A stretch of DNA of 64,000 bases from an uncultured Gammaproteobacteria bacterium. GTDB lineage: Bacteria > Pseudomonadota > Gammaproteobacteria > JAADHQ01. How positions within the stretch are numbered: the first letter of the stretch is position 1; each line of letters begins with the position of its first letter. Under the pieces are notes generated by a model. It searched no databases. It saw nothing but the letters and a program-made list of their open reading frames with translations, and had not been told where the DNA came from. The stretch covers positions 17,242-81,241 of the forward strand of contig CAMYJD010000001.1 of the NCBI GenBank assembly GCA_947258655.1, written 5' to 3'. Both the position numbers and the translations under genes were made by a program. Positions 21,496 to 32,495 of the stretch are shown piece by piece.

Positions 21496-22113
21496 GTGAA
21501 AATACTAAGACTTAACACAATCATCCTGGCCCTGTGTCTCGGATTCCTCACTCAGGCCAGCCATGCCGAGAATTCGCCTACGTCCCAGGTCAAGACCACC
21601 GTAGATAGCATACTCGATGCGCTGCGCGACCAATCCCTGACTCAGGAAAACCGCCGCGACAAGATTCGCGAACTGGTGCATCAGCGTTTCTATTTCCGTG
21701 CCATGTCACAAAGCGCACTGTCACGTAACTGGCGCAAGGCAACACCGCAGCAGCAGAGCAGATTTGTCGAACTGTTTTCCAAGCTCCTGGAAAATACCTA
21801 TCTCGGTCGAATCGAGGCCTATACCGATGAGCGTGTTGAATATTTACGTGAAAAAAAGAAAAATCCCAAACGAGCTGTTGTGTATACCCAGATCGTCACC
21901 AAGTCGGCTGATATCCCGATCAACTATAAACTGGCCCGAAAAGACGATAAATGGCTGGTCTACGATGTCATTATCGAGGAAGTCAGCCTGATCAGTAATT
22001 ATCGATCCAGTTATGCCGAGATCATCAAGAAAGAAGGTATGGATGGACTACTGACCAAAATGGAACAAAAGGTAAACAGCAAGGACGAGAAAGATAAAAC
22101 CGCGGATGCATAG
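21496..22113 (+). CDS. mlaC: Periplasmic phospholipid-binding protein MlaC (Ttg2D family)
   Basis: 205 aa with a signal peptide. Last gene of the mla cluster. Confidence 0.82.
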   Translation: MKILRLNTIILALCLGFLTQASHAENSPTSQVKTTVDSILDALRDQSLTQENRRDKIRELVHQRFYFRAMSQSALSRNWRKATPQQQSRFVELFSKLLENTYLGRIEAYTDERVEYLREKKKNPKRAVVYTQIVTKSADIPINYKLARKDDKWLVYDVIIEEVSLISNYRSSYAEIIKKEGMDGLLTKMEQKVNSKDEKDKTADA

Positions 22114-22227
22114 GCATTTGCCTGGTTTCGCCTCATATGACTTTGATTTGACTTGTCACTGCAGCGTATACCAAAGCCATAAATGTTCCCAGGTCTGCCC
22201 ATATAACATCATTGTTGTTTGTGTTTC

Positions 22228-22872
22228 ATGAAACATTCGCTTAATGACCGTGTCCTGACCCTGGCAGGTGTATTTCAGGCTACTGCACTGGTAAGGCGTT
22301 GTGCCAACCAGGCCAAGAACATCGATCGGGATGTGGAAACCTGCATCAACAGCCTGTTTATTACAAACCCGGATACGGTCGAAGATATCTATGCAGGCGC
22401 AATCCATTTACGCTATGGCCTGGACACACTGATCGCCCAACTGGGCAATAATGCCAGTCTACGTGATGCGGAAATCAGCCGCTATGTCATCACCCTGCTG
22501 TACCTGGAAAAGAAATTATCGAACAACCGCTCCATGCTCGACATGATGGCGGATGGCATCAACAGCGCTAAGGAACAGGCAGATTTTTTTACACCTGCAC
22601 ATGAAAATGTCATCGCCGCCCTGGCCGATTTATACCAACGTACGATCAGCTCGTTGCGCCCGAGAATCATCGTCAATGGCGACCCGCAACTGCTTCAGGA
22701 CCCGCACAATGCCCAGTTGATCCGCACTTTGTTACTGGCTGGCATCCGCTCGGCGATAGCCTGGCGCCAATGCGGTGGAACACGCTGGCAACTGCTGTTC
22801 AAACGCCGGGCCATACTCGATGAGGCCCAACGCACCCTCGATAATCTCCCTATCATCAATACAATGGTATGA
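22228..22872 (+). CDS. hflD: High-frequency-lysogenization protein HflD
   Basis: 'LTLAGVFQATALVRRCA...LLAGIRSAIAWRQCGGTRWQLLF' parallels E. coli HflD. Start taken at the internal ATG, 'MKHSL'. Confidence 0.78.
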   Translation: MKHSLNDRVLTLAGVFQATALVRRCANQAKNIDRDVETCINSLFITNPDTVEDIYAGAIHLRYGLDTLIAQLGNNASLRDAEISRYVITLLYLEKKLSNNRSMLDMMADGINSAKEQADFFTPAHENVIAALADLYQRTISSLRPRIIVNGDPQLLQDPHNAQLIRTLLLAGIRSAIAWRQCGGTRWQLLFKRRAILDEAQRTLDNLPIINTMV

Positions 22873-22962
22873 TATAATCAACTCATCCGGGTCAAATCCC
22901 ACCGTAACTTATTGATTAATTGAATGTATCGCTGTATGCCAGCGTCATACACGGGAGTCTTC

Positions 22963-25626
22963 ATGAGTAACAGTTTTAATGCGCGCGCCGAGCTTGCCGT
23001 CAATCAACAACAATACGAGATTTACCGCCTCAAGGCCGTCGACAATACCGATCGCCTGCCCTATTCGCTTAAAATCCTGCTCGAAAATCTGCTAAGACAT
23101 GAAGATGGTATCAATGTCACTGCTGACGACATCAAGGCACTGGCCAATTGGGATCCCCAGGCCGAGCCCAGTGTAGAAATTGCCTTTACCCCCGCGCGTG
23201 TATTGATGCAGGATTTTACCGGCGTACCCGCCGTCGTCGACCTGGCCGCGATGCGTGATGCAATGCGCGCCCTCGGTGGCGACGCAGAGAAGATCAACCC
23301 ATTACAACCGGCTGAACTGGTCATCGATCATTCGGTACAGATCGACAGTTTTGGCAATGCCAATGCGATCCAGTTCAATGCCGACCTGGAATACCAGCGT
23401 AACCAGGAACGCTATAGCTTCCTGAAGTGGGGTCAGAAGGCCTTTTCCAATTTCAAGGTCGTACCACCAGATACCGGTATTGTCCACCAGGTAAACCTCG
23501 AATACCTGGCCCGCGTCACCTTTGCCAAGGAGAACAACGGTACGCTGCAGGCCTACCCAGATACACTCGTCGGTACCGATTCGCATACGACAATGATCAA
23601 TGGCCTGGGTGTACTGGGCTGGGGTGTCGGTGGCATCGAGGCTGAGGCCGCGATGCTCGGTCAACCGGTATCGATGCTGATCCCGCAGGTAGTCGGTTTC
23701 CGTCTGACGGGTGATCTGCCCGGCGGTGCCACCGCAACCGATCTGGTCCTGACGGTTGTCGAGATTCTGCGCCAGCATGGCGTGGTCGGTAAATTTGTCG
23801 AATTCTTCGGTGACGGACTGGATAAGCTGTCACTGGCTGACCGCGCCACGATTGCCAATATGGCCCCGGAGTACGGTGCTACCTGCGGTATCTTCCCGAT
23901 CGACCAGGAAACACTGAACTACCTGAGCCTGTCGGGTCGCGATGAACAGGATATTGCCCTGGTCGAGGCCTATGCCACAGAACAGGGATTTTTCCGCGAT
24001 GCACAAACGCCTGAGGCGGATTACAGTAGCGTGATTGAACTGGATATATCCACGGTTGTACCCAGCCTCGCGGGCCCGAAACGCCCGCAGGACAGGATCC
24101 CGCTCAATCAGTCAAAACCCATGTTCAGCAAAGATCTGGCCACATTGCAACAGGAACGCGCTATCACTAGCAAAGCTGTCACGACGACTATCAATGGCGA
24201 ACAGGTCACGCTCGAAGACGGCGCTGTCGTTATTGCTTCGATCACGTCATGCACGAACACATCGAATCCATCGGTCATGATTGGTGCCGGTCTGGTGGCC
24301 AAGAAAGCGGCTGCTCTCGGCCTCAAGGTCAAACCCTGGGTCAAGACCTCGCTGGCACCTGGTTCGCGTGTGGTTAGCGAATACCTGAAACAGGCGGATG
24401 TCATGCAGGACCTCGAGGCCCTCGGTTTTTTTGTTGTCGGTTATGGTTGCGCGACCTGCATCGGCAATTCCGGACCTCTACCGGAACCGGTCTCTGCGGC
24501 CATCAGCGAAGGCGATCTGTCTGCTGTGTCGGTATTGTCAGGCAACCGTAACTTCGAGGGCCGTGTGCATGCCGAGGTCCGCATGAACTACCTGGCCTCG
24601 CCGCCGCTGGTCGTCGCCTATGCAATAGCCGGGACGATGAACATCGACCTGCAAAATGACCCACTCGGTGAGGACAATCAGGGCAATGCGGTTTATCTGC
24701 GGGATATCTGGCCCGACCATGACGAAATACAGCAGGCCATCCAGAACAGTGTCAAGCGTAGCGAATTCGCCGAGGCCTACGCCGAGGTCTACAAGGGTGA
24801 AGATCGCTGGATCAATCTGCAATCACCGGAAGGACAGCTGTTCGACTGGCAGCAGGATTCCACTTATATCAAGAATCCGCCCTACTTCGAAAATATGACC
24901 CTGGCCATCAACGCGGTCAAGGATATCAACGGCGCCCGCGCCCTCGCATTGCTTGGTGACTCCGTTACCACAGACCATATTTCTCCAGCCGGTGCGATCA
25001 AACCCGATAGCCCTGCCGGGCAGTACCTGCTCGCTCAAGGTGTCAGCCATGCGGACTTCAATTCACTGGGTTCACGGCGCGGCAATCACGAAGTCATGAT
25101 GCGCGGCACCTTTGCCAATATCCGCCTGCGCAACCAGCTGGCCCCTGGAACCGAGGGCGGTATCACCGTCCATTTACCCGACGGCGAACAAATGAGCATC
25201 TATGATGCCTCGGTCAAATACCGGCAGGAACAGGTCCCGTTGATTGTTATTGCCGGAAAGGAATACGGTTCGGGTTCATCACGCGACTGGGCCGCCAAGG
25301 GCCCCCGATTGCTCGGCATCCAGGCGGTCATAGCCGAAAGCTATGAGCGTATCCATCGCTCCAACCTGGTCGGTATGGGTATCCTGCCACTCCAGTTCAT
25401 GGATGGAGACAGTGCCGAATCACTCGGCATTACAGGAAAAGAAGTCTTTGATATTGAAGGGCTTGGCGATGGTTCCTCGAAACAGGTTAATATAAAGGCA
25501 ATGGCAGATGACGGTACGATAAAGACTTTTAGCGCACGGGTACGTATTGATACCCCGCAGGAAGTTGAATACTACCGCAATGGCGGCATACTGCATTATG
25601 TGCTGCGCCAGCTGGCACAGGGCTAG
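22963..25626 (+). CDS. acnA: Aconitate hydratase A
   Basis: About 887 aa from '[11 protein letters not shown]', with 'gggag' SD 6 nt upstream. Fe-S ligand regions 'SCTNTSN' and '[10 protein letters not shown]', plus an aconitase swivel domain. Confidence 0.95.
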   Translation: MSNSFNARAELAVNQQQYEIYRLKAVDNTDRLPYSLKILLENLLRHEDGINVTADDIKALANWDPQAEPSVEIAFTPARVLMQDFTGVPAVVDLAAMRDAMRALGGDAEKINPLQPAELVIDHSVQIDSFGNANAIQFNADLEYQRNQERYSFLKWGQKAFSNFKVVPPDTGIVHQVNLEYLARVTFAKENNGTLQAYPDTLVGTDSHTTMINGLGVLGWGVGGIEAEAAMLGQPVSMLIPQVVGFRLTGDLPGGATATDLVLTVVEILRQHGVVGKFVEFFGDGLDKLSLADRATIANMAPEYGATCGIFPIDQETLNYLSLSGRDEQDIALVEAYATEQGFFRDAQTPEADYSSVIELDISTVVPSLAGPKRPQDRIPLNQSKPMFSKDLATLQQERAITSKAVTTTINGEQVTLEDGAVVIASITSCTNTSNPSVMIGAGLVAKKAAALGLKVKPWVKTSLAPGSRVVSEYLKQADVMQDLEALGFFVVGYGCATCIGNSGPLPEPVSAAISEGDLSAVSVLSGNRNFEGRVHAEVRMNYLASPPLVVAYAIAGTMNIDLQNDPLGEDNQGNAVYLRDIWPDHDEIQQAIQNSVKRSEFAEAYAEVYKGEDRWINLQSPEGQLFDWQQDSTYIKNPPYFENMTLAINAVKDINGARALALLGDSVTTDHISPAGAIKPDSPAGQYLLAQGVSHADFNSLGSRRGNHEVMMRGTFANIRLRNQLAPGTEGGITVHLPDGEQMSIYDASVKYRQEQVPLIVIAGKEYGSGSSRDWAAKGPRLLGIQAVIAESYERIHRSNLVGMGILPLQFMDGDSAESLGITGKEVFDIEGLGDGSSKQVNIKAMADDGTIKTFSARVRIDTPQEVEYYRNGGILHYVLRQLAQG

Positions 25627-25656
25627 CTGACTAAAGGGTCATAACAGTTGGTAGAG

Positions 25657-25675
25657 GCCGGGAGCAGATCCCGGC
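25657..25675. terminator. Hairpin between the convergent acnA and response-regulator genes
   Basis: 'gccggga-gcaga-tcccggc': 7-bp GC-rich stem with a 5-nt loop. Confidence 0.45.
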
Positions 25676-26479
25676 TTATGCGCCATATGCAATCAGGCTT
25701 TGTATCATTTGCCTGACTGCGTCCGGCTCAAAAGGTTTGTCACAGATACCCGATACACCGGCCTGCTGTACGGCCGCGAGGCGACTGTCATTCGCTTCAC
25801 TGGTGACCATCAGAACAGGAATGGATTTCTGGGTACTGCTCTCGCGTATATAGCGTGTCAGTGCCTCTCCGTCCATTTCCGGCATATTGTAATCGGTCAC
25901 AACCAGATCAAAGTAATTCTCCTCGATCATCGTCACCGCCTGACGTCCGTTCTCCGCCTTGTCGATAGACGCTATACCCAGATTGCCAAGTACACGACTG
26001 ATATGCTTTCTCGCCAGGGGACTGTCATCGACCACGAGCACCTTCAGTTCATCGAGCGAAATATCGGCGAGAGCATCCTCATCAGGTGCGATCAGGTCAA
26101 CGGTCGAATACAGGGCCTGCCTGAGGTCTTCAGCAGCAAACGGCTTGGGCAGGATAGCGACGACCCCGGCCTGGCGAATCGGGTCCAGACTGGTCCAGGA
26201 GGTTTCACTGGAGATCAGCATATAGGGGACGGCCTCGAGTGCCGGCTCTGCGCGCAATCCCAACACCAGATCTGTACCGGTCATGTCCGGCAGGTACATA
26301 CTGCTGATCACCAGATCAGGGACCGCCTGCCTGATATTATCCAGTGCAGATTGCCCATCCTGAAAGAATTCGACATTGCTGACGTTCATATCGAGCAGGC
26401 GCTCACGGATAATACGTCCCTGCATGGCCGATGGCTCGACGACCATGATCGCGAGATCAGATATAGCTATTTTTTCCAT
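25676..26479 (-). CDS. Response regulator made of two tandem receiver (REC) domains with no output domain
   Basis: 267 aa. REC1 is 'VVEPSAMQGR...DLVISSMYLPDMTG...ILPKPF'. REC2 is 'VLVVDDSPLARKHI...DLVVTDYNMPEMDG...DKPF'. I see no DNA-binding or enzymatic domain. Confidence 0.85.
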   Translation of the reverse strand: MEKIAISDLAIMVVEPSAMQGRIIRERLLDMNVSNVEFFQDGQSALDNIRQAVPDLVISSMYLPDMTGTDLVLGLRAEPALEAVPYMLISSETSWTSLDPIRQAGVVAILPKPFAAEDLRQALYSTVDLIAPDEDALADISLDELKVLVVDDSPLARKHISRVLGNLGIASIDKAENGRQAVTMIEENYFDLVVTDYNMPEMDGEALTRYIRESSTQKSIPVLMVTSEANDSRLAAVQQAGVSGICDKPFEPDAVRQMIQSLIAYGA

Positions 26480-26751
26480 GACACAGTACTTTTATAAACT
26501 ATTTCACCAGCATTTCGGCCTGCATTGCATATCCTTTAAAAACAGCTTTTATTTCATCGATATAATGCATTCGCGTGATTGCAGACTGCGTTGCATGGAT
26601 CTACTCATTAAATATAACTTACTTTAATTTACTTCTATATATTATTGTTTTATATATATTTAATATCATTCCTTATTCATGGCCGCGGCGCTGACAGACG
26701 CAACACGATTTTTACTGTATGATCGCATTATTTTTTCAAGACGTGACATAG

Positions 26752-28128
<1,377 letters not shown>

Positions 28129-28293
28129 GCTCCATTTGCAATATGTCGAAATTAATAATTGCTCTTCTGGCTGGGTGATTTGTGAAGTAGTAGACAGTTT
28201 TATTGGATAAATGACGTAATACTGTATTACATAGTGAGTTAGCCCAATTATCCCGCGATATTCCCCGCAGGGCTAACCCGACTATAACCCTAG

Positions 28294-28334
28294 CCCGAAC
28301 TGCTCCCCCGCAATGCAGTTCGGGTATTTTTTTT
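28294..28334 (+). terminator. Rho-independent terminator of purB
   Basis: 'cccgaactgc'-loop-'gcagttcggg' followed by 'tatttttttt'. Confidence 0.7.
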
Positions 28335-28357
28335 CCATCTCCGTTATTATTCACTAC

Positions 28358-29521
28358 ATGAGACCGACAAACCCTCTCGGCGATCTGCAAGTGGATCAAT
28401 TCGTGGCCCAATACTGGCAAAAAAAGCCGGTTGTGATCAGACAGGCCATTAAGGATTTCTCCTCCCCGGTGACGGCAGAGGAATTGGCAGGACTTGCCTG
28501 CGAAGATGTGGTGGAATCCCGCATTATTCTGGAAAAAGACGGTCGCCACCCATGGGAACTGCGCAGCGGTCCTTTCACCCAACGCGACTTTTCCCGACTG
28601 CCTGCTACCCACTGGACCCTATTGATTCAGGATGTCGAAAAACACCTGCCGGAACTGACCTGGATCACCGATGCCTTTCATTTTATTCCTGACTGGCGCC
28701 TTGATGATCTGATGATAAGTTATGCACCTGAATACGGTTCGGTTGGCCCGCATAAAGATGCCTATGATGTATTTCTGTTACAAGCACAGGGCAGACGTCA
28801 CTGGAAAATCAATACCCGCATCGAAGCCGATGCGCAAATACTCGACAACACTGCACTGAACATCCTCAAAGACTTTGAAGTCGAGCAGGAATGGATACTG
28901 GAACCGGGAGACATGCTCTACCTGCCGCCCGCTGTCGCCCATTACGGTATCTCGCTGGGTGACTGTATCACCTGTTCCATCGGCTTTCGGGCACCGTCAC
29001 ATCGGCAACTGGCACAAAGTTATCTGCATACACTCATCGAGCACATTCAGTCAGATAAATATTATTCAGACCCTGATATCCAAACACAGCAGAAGGCGCA
29101 TGAAATCACAGCGCACAGTGTTGCCGAACTCAAACAGATAGTTACCGATTACCTGTCACAGGATTCTCAATGGCTTTATGACTGGGCAGGCACTTTGCTC
29201 TCCGAGGGTAAGAAAAGCTTTCAGGCCGAGGGGCCACATGACGTACATGATATGACCGCCTTCATCAACAATTGGCAAACCAGTATGGTCCTGTACAGAA
29301 ACACCGCGGTGAAATTTTTATATATCATGGGCAATGATTGCGTTAATTTTTACATCGATGGACAACATATCAGCGCTACAACCGGGCTGTCAGATTACGC
29401 AGAGTGGTTATGTTCTTCGCTGCAGATAAGCTGGAACGAACTGGACGGACATCCTGACAGGGAGGCCCTGTTAGCGCTAATATATGACTTTTACTGCCAC
29501 GGGTTCTATTATTACCAATGA
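28358..29521 (+). CDS. roxA: Cupin/JmjC-domain ribosomal protein L16 arginine hydroxylase (RoxA/YcfD family)
   Basis: 'LGDLQVDQFVAQYWQKKPVVIRQA...GSVGPHKDAYDVFLLQAQGRRHWKI...LPPAVAHYGIS' gives the JmjC 2-His-1-carboxylate pattern. Start moved to the internal ATG, because the track start at 28313 lies inside the purB terminator. Confidence 0.78.
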   Translation: MRPTNPLGDLQVDQFVAQYWQKKPVVIRQAIKDFSSPVTAEELAGLACEDVVESRIILEKDGRHPWELRSGPFTQRDFSRLPATHWTLLIQDVEKHLPELTWITDAFHFIPDWRLDDLMISYAPEYGSVGPHKDAYDVFLLQAQGRRHWKINTRIEADAQILDNTALNILKDFEVEQEWILEPGDMLYLPPAVAHYGISLGDCITCSIGFRAPSHRQLAQSYLHTLIEHIQSDKYYSDPDIQTQQKAHEITAHSVAELKQIVTDYLSQDSQWLYDWAGTLLSEGKKSFQAEGPHDVHDMTAFINNWQTSMVLYRNTAVKFLYIMGNDCVNFYIDGQHISATTGLSDYAEWLCSSLQISWNELDGHPDREALLALIYDFYCHGFYYYQ

Positions 29522-29952
29522 TAAAAGAGCAGATACAATTCACACTCACATGGGTTTCATGGCAACAGGCTGAGCAGGAGTTACGTACCATCCGTGAACA
29601 GGTATTTATCCACGAACAGCATGTGCCCGAGGCACTGGAATGGGATGGCCTGGACGAAAACTGCCAACATATACTTGTACGTGAGCGATCCGGTCAGGCG
29701 ATCGCGACGGCGCGACTGCAAACGGATGGTCATATTGGGCGCATGGCCGTGTTATCTCATTGGCGCCAATGCGGCATCGGCAGTGCGATGCTGGCTGAGT
29801 TATTGCACTATTGCGCTCAACACAAGCTCAAGGCACATCTCGATGCGCAAACCCACGCACTCGACTTTTATCGAAAATCGGGATTTACTGCCATCGATGT
29901 GGAATTTCTGGATGCCGGCATACCCCATCGTAAGATGATCATTGTGGAATAA
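29518..29952 (+). CDS. GNAT family N-acetyltransferase
   Basis: 144 aa, acetyl-CoA motif 'RQCGIGSAMLAELLHYC'. ATGA overlap with the roxA stop. Confidence 0.8.
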   Translation: MIKEQIQFTLTWVSWQQAEQELRTIREQVFIHEQHVPEALEWDGLDENCQHILVRERSGQAIATARLQTDGHIGRMAVLSHWRQCGIGSAMLAELLHYCAQHKLKAHLDAQTHALDFYRKSGFTAIDVEFLDAGIPHRKMIIVE

Positions 29953-29955
29953 ATT

Positions 29956-30465
29956 ATGGATACTGAATGTTACATACTTGGGGAAACGGATCGTCAGGAA
30001 TCCTTTGATGGCAGGCTAGAAAACCGTCAAATTGCATTTGAACTGATCGGACAGGCCCATCAGCAAATACGTATATTTACACCCGACCTGGAAAAGGCTA
30101 TCTATGACCAGGCCGATCTGATTCGATCCCTGGAACAACTGGCACTACGCAGTCGACAAACACAGGTCCGGGTGCTGGTCAGGGATTCCGCGCAGGCGGT
30201 AAAATCCGGCCATCGCCTGATCGAACTGTGCAGACGCCATACATCCAGCATTCTTCTGCATCAGACACCCGCAGATACCGATGATATTGAGGCTGCCTTT
30301 GTTGTCATCGATAACGCGGGTTTTTTATACAAGCACAAAGGCATGTCGTTCAATGGCTACTTCAATGCCAATGACAAGCTGAAGGTACGCGAGTTAAGCA
30401 AACACTTTGACGAAGCCTGGGAACGCAGCCGACCAGATCCCGAGATGAGAAGATTGTTCATCTAG
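29956..30465 (+). CDS. Hypothetical protein of 169 aa
   Basis: Starts 3 nt after the GNAT stop and is probably co-transcribed with roxA and the GNAT gene. I recognise no family. Confidence 0.5.
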   Translation: MDTECYILGETDRQESFDGRLENRQIAFELIGQAHQQIRIFTPDLEKAIYDQADLIRSLEQLALRSRQTQVRVLVRDSAQAVKSGHRLIELCRRHTSSILLHQTPADTDDIEAAFVVIDNAGFLYKHKGMSFNGYFNANDKLKVRELSKHFDEAWERSRPDPEMRRLFI

Positions 30466-30534
30466 CAAGATCCCCATCAATACCAACCTGGAAGTCTTCG
30501 GGCATAGTCCGCAGATATACTCTGCCAGCTTGCA

Positions 30535-32064
30535 CTAGTTTATATCTGCAGAGGTATTGCCACTCCTCCTTGATATATCCGAGAACATTTGAATATGATC
30601 TGATCTACTCTTTTTGGCCTCATACATGGCAGTATCGGCATGTTTGAGAAGTTCGAGATGACTCAGGCCATCATCCGGGAATAATGCAATGCCGATGCTC
30701 GTAGCTGGCATGATTTTATGTTCATCTATACTGATCTGTTTGCTGAACTCGTGCTGGATTTTGCTGGCAACAATCATCGCGTCATCAGCATGCTTGATAT
30801 CCTCGAGTACAATGACAAACTCGTCACCACCGAGACGGGCCACCATGTCTGCTTCACGCAGGCTGGCTTGCAGAATACCGGCAACCAATTCAAGCAATTT
30901 ATCCCCGACATTATGACCATAGGAATCATTGACTTTCTTGAAGTTATCCAGATCAAGAAACATAACGGCAAGCCTGTTATTGTTTCTGGTTGCAGCTTTG
31001 ATAAACTGCTTAAGGCTATCCATTATAAATGACCTGTTGGGCAGGCCGGTCAATGAATCATAATTGGACAGATATTCCAGTTTTCGTTGCAAGCCCTTGC
31101 GACGACTGATATCCCTGACATTGGCGATAAATATAATTTCATCATTTACAATGGCCTCATTTACCGCCAGGTCCATATCAAACAGGGTACCGTCCTTATG
31201 CCTGGCCTGTACCTCATAAGGCCCGATACCCACAAGTTTGGCATCCCCCGTCCTCAGGTAATGGCTGATATAGCCATCATGATGCCTGGCATAATTGTCC
31301 GGCATTAACATGGAAACATTATTACCGATGACTTCTTCACATTTATAGCCAAAAATACCTTCAGCACTCTTACTGTAAGTCTGCACGATACCGCGACGAT
31401 TGATGCTGATCAGACCATCGAGGCTGTTATCAATAATCGCCTTGTTTCGCTGCATCAGGTCCTGATAATGTTTTTCGGGACTGATATCCTGGACCGAAAC
31501 CGTTATACCTGTTGAGGCGGGATAGATATGGACTTTTAACCATTTATTGTTCTGCGAGGTGAAACCACTCACGCAACTCGCTTTCTGTTCATTCATTGCC
31601 ACATTTAGTGGCTTGTAGAAAGCACTGGCAAGATCAGGCAGTATATCCGACAACAACTTGCCCCGGTCCTTGCTACGCGTCAGGTCAAATAATTGTTCTG
31701 CCTCCGGATTGATATATTCAACGATCCAGTTTGCGCTTATCGCCAGATAGGCATTGGTCGAATTTTCCAGTATTTCCTTGTTAACTGAATTGGTTATTTT
31801 TATAAAACGGACAGAGGCTTCAGCCACGAAGCCAATAAACAGTAGCAATACGGTGATGATAATCCGCATCCATAATTCATTGGCATCGTGTGGAAAAAAA
31901 GCCTCGAATACGGCATGCCCATGATCTGCTTCGTCAAAGACGAAAATATGCAACAGGCCTTCTATGAGCCAGAATATAAAGACCAGAACAATACTGCTAT
32001 GAAACAGGTTCCTGTTGCTAATAAACTGTGGGAATTTAAAAGATCTCGCAGTTGAGATATCCAT
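30535..32064 (-). CDS. Membrane-anchored PAS/PAS-GGDEF diguanylate cyclase
   Basis: 509 aa. Two N-terminal TM helices, PAS repeats, and a GGDEF domain with 'RLGGDEF' and 'DSLTGLPNR'. Confidence 0.85.
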   Translation of the reverse strand: MDISTARSFKFPQFISNRNLFHSSIVLVFIFWLIEGLLHIFVFDEADHGHAVFEAFFPHDANELWMRIIITVLLLFIGFVAEASVRFIKITNSVNKEILENSTNAYLAISANWIVEYINPEAEQLFDLTRSKDRGKLLSDILPDLASAFYKPLNVAMNEQKASCVSGFTSQNNKWLKVHIYPASTGITVSVQDISPEKHYQDLMQRNKAIIDNSLDGLISINRRGIVQTYSKSAEGIFGYKCEEVIGNNVSMLMPDNYARHHDGYISHYLRTGDAKLVGIGPYEVQARHKDGTLFDMDLAVNEAIVNDEIIFIANVRDISRRKGLQRKLEYLSNYDSLTGLPNRSFIMDSLKQFIKAATRNNNRLAVMFLDLDNFKKVNDSYGHNVGDKLLELVAGILQASLREADMVARLGGDEFVIVLEDIKHADDAMIVASKIQHEFSKQISIDEHKIMPATSIGIALFPDDGLSHLELLKHADTAMYEAKKSRSDHIQMFSDISRRSGNTSADIN

Positions 32065-32495
32065 CGGTATGCCATCACTAAATCTATAACTTCATGCTGT
32101 ATTTAATCGACAGAAACAGAATTTTATTTAGTAAAACATGCAATTATTAAAGGTCCGACCACCAATGCTGCGTAAAAACAAGCGGTTCATGTCAGATCTG
32201 ACGGATTATTCCATTTTATAATCATGGTTTAGTGCGTAGTAACAAACCTGCTGTTTACTAACTACAGAAAAATAGCAAATGTTGCGTGTTATCAGTGGCG
32301 TAACCCTGATGGATATAACCAGGAAAATACGTACTATCCACTGCTACTGTTATAAACCTTCACGTATTCCCAATCATGTCCTGTTCTCGGACAGTCTGGC
32401 CATATCCATGACCCGACTGATGAATCTACATAAAATGGCATAAACACAGCCTTTATGGGAAAATGTACGTTTTTAATCAAGCCATCTGACAAGTC

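Noticed and set aside
23302-23858. Minus-strand and plus-strand ORFs of up to 158 aa inside acnA
   Set aside because: They overlap the aconitase coding frame, which has continuous strong homology.
28313-28357. ORF-track start of roxA at 28313
   Set aside because: That region is the purB intrinsic terminator hairpin and T-tract. The internal ATG at 28358 is more plausible.
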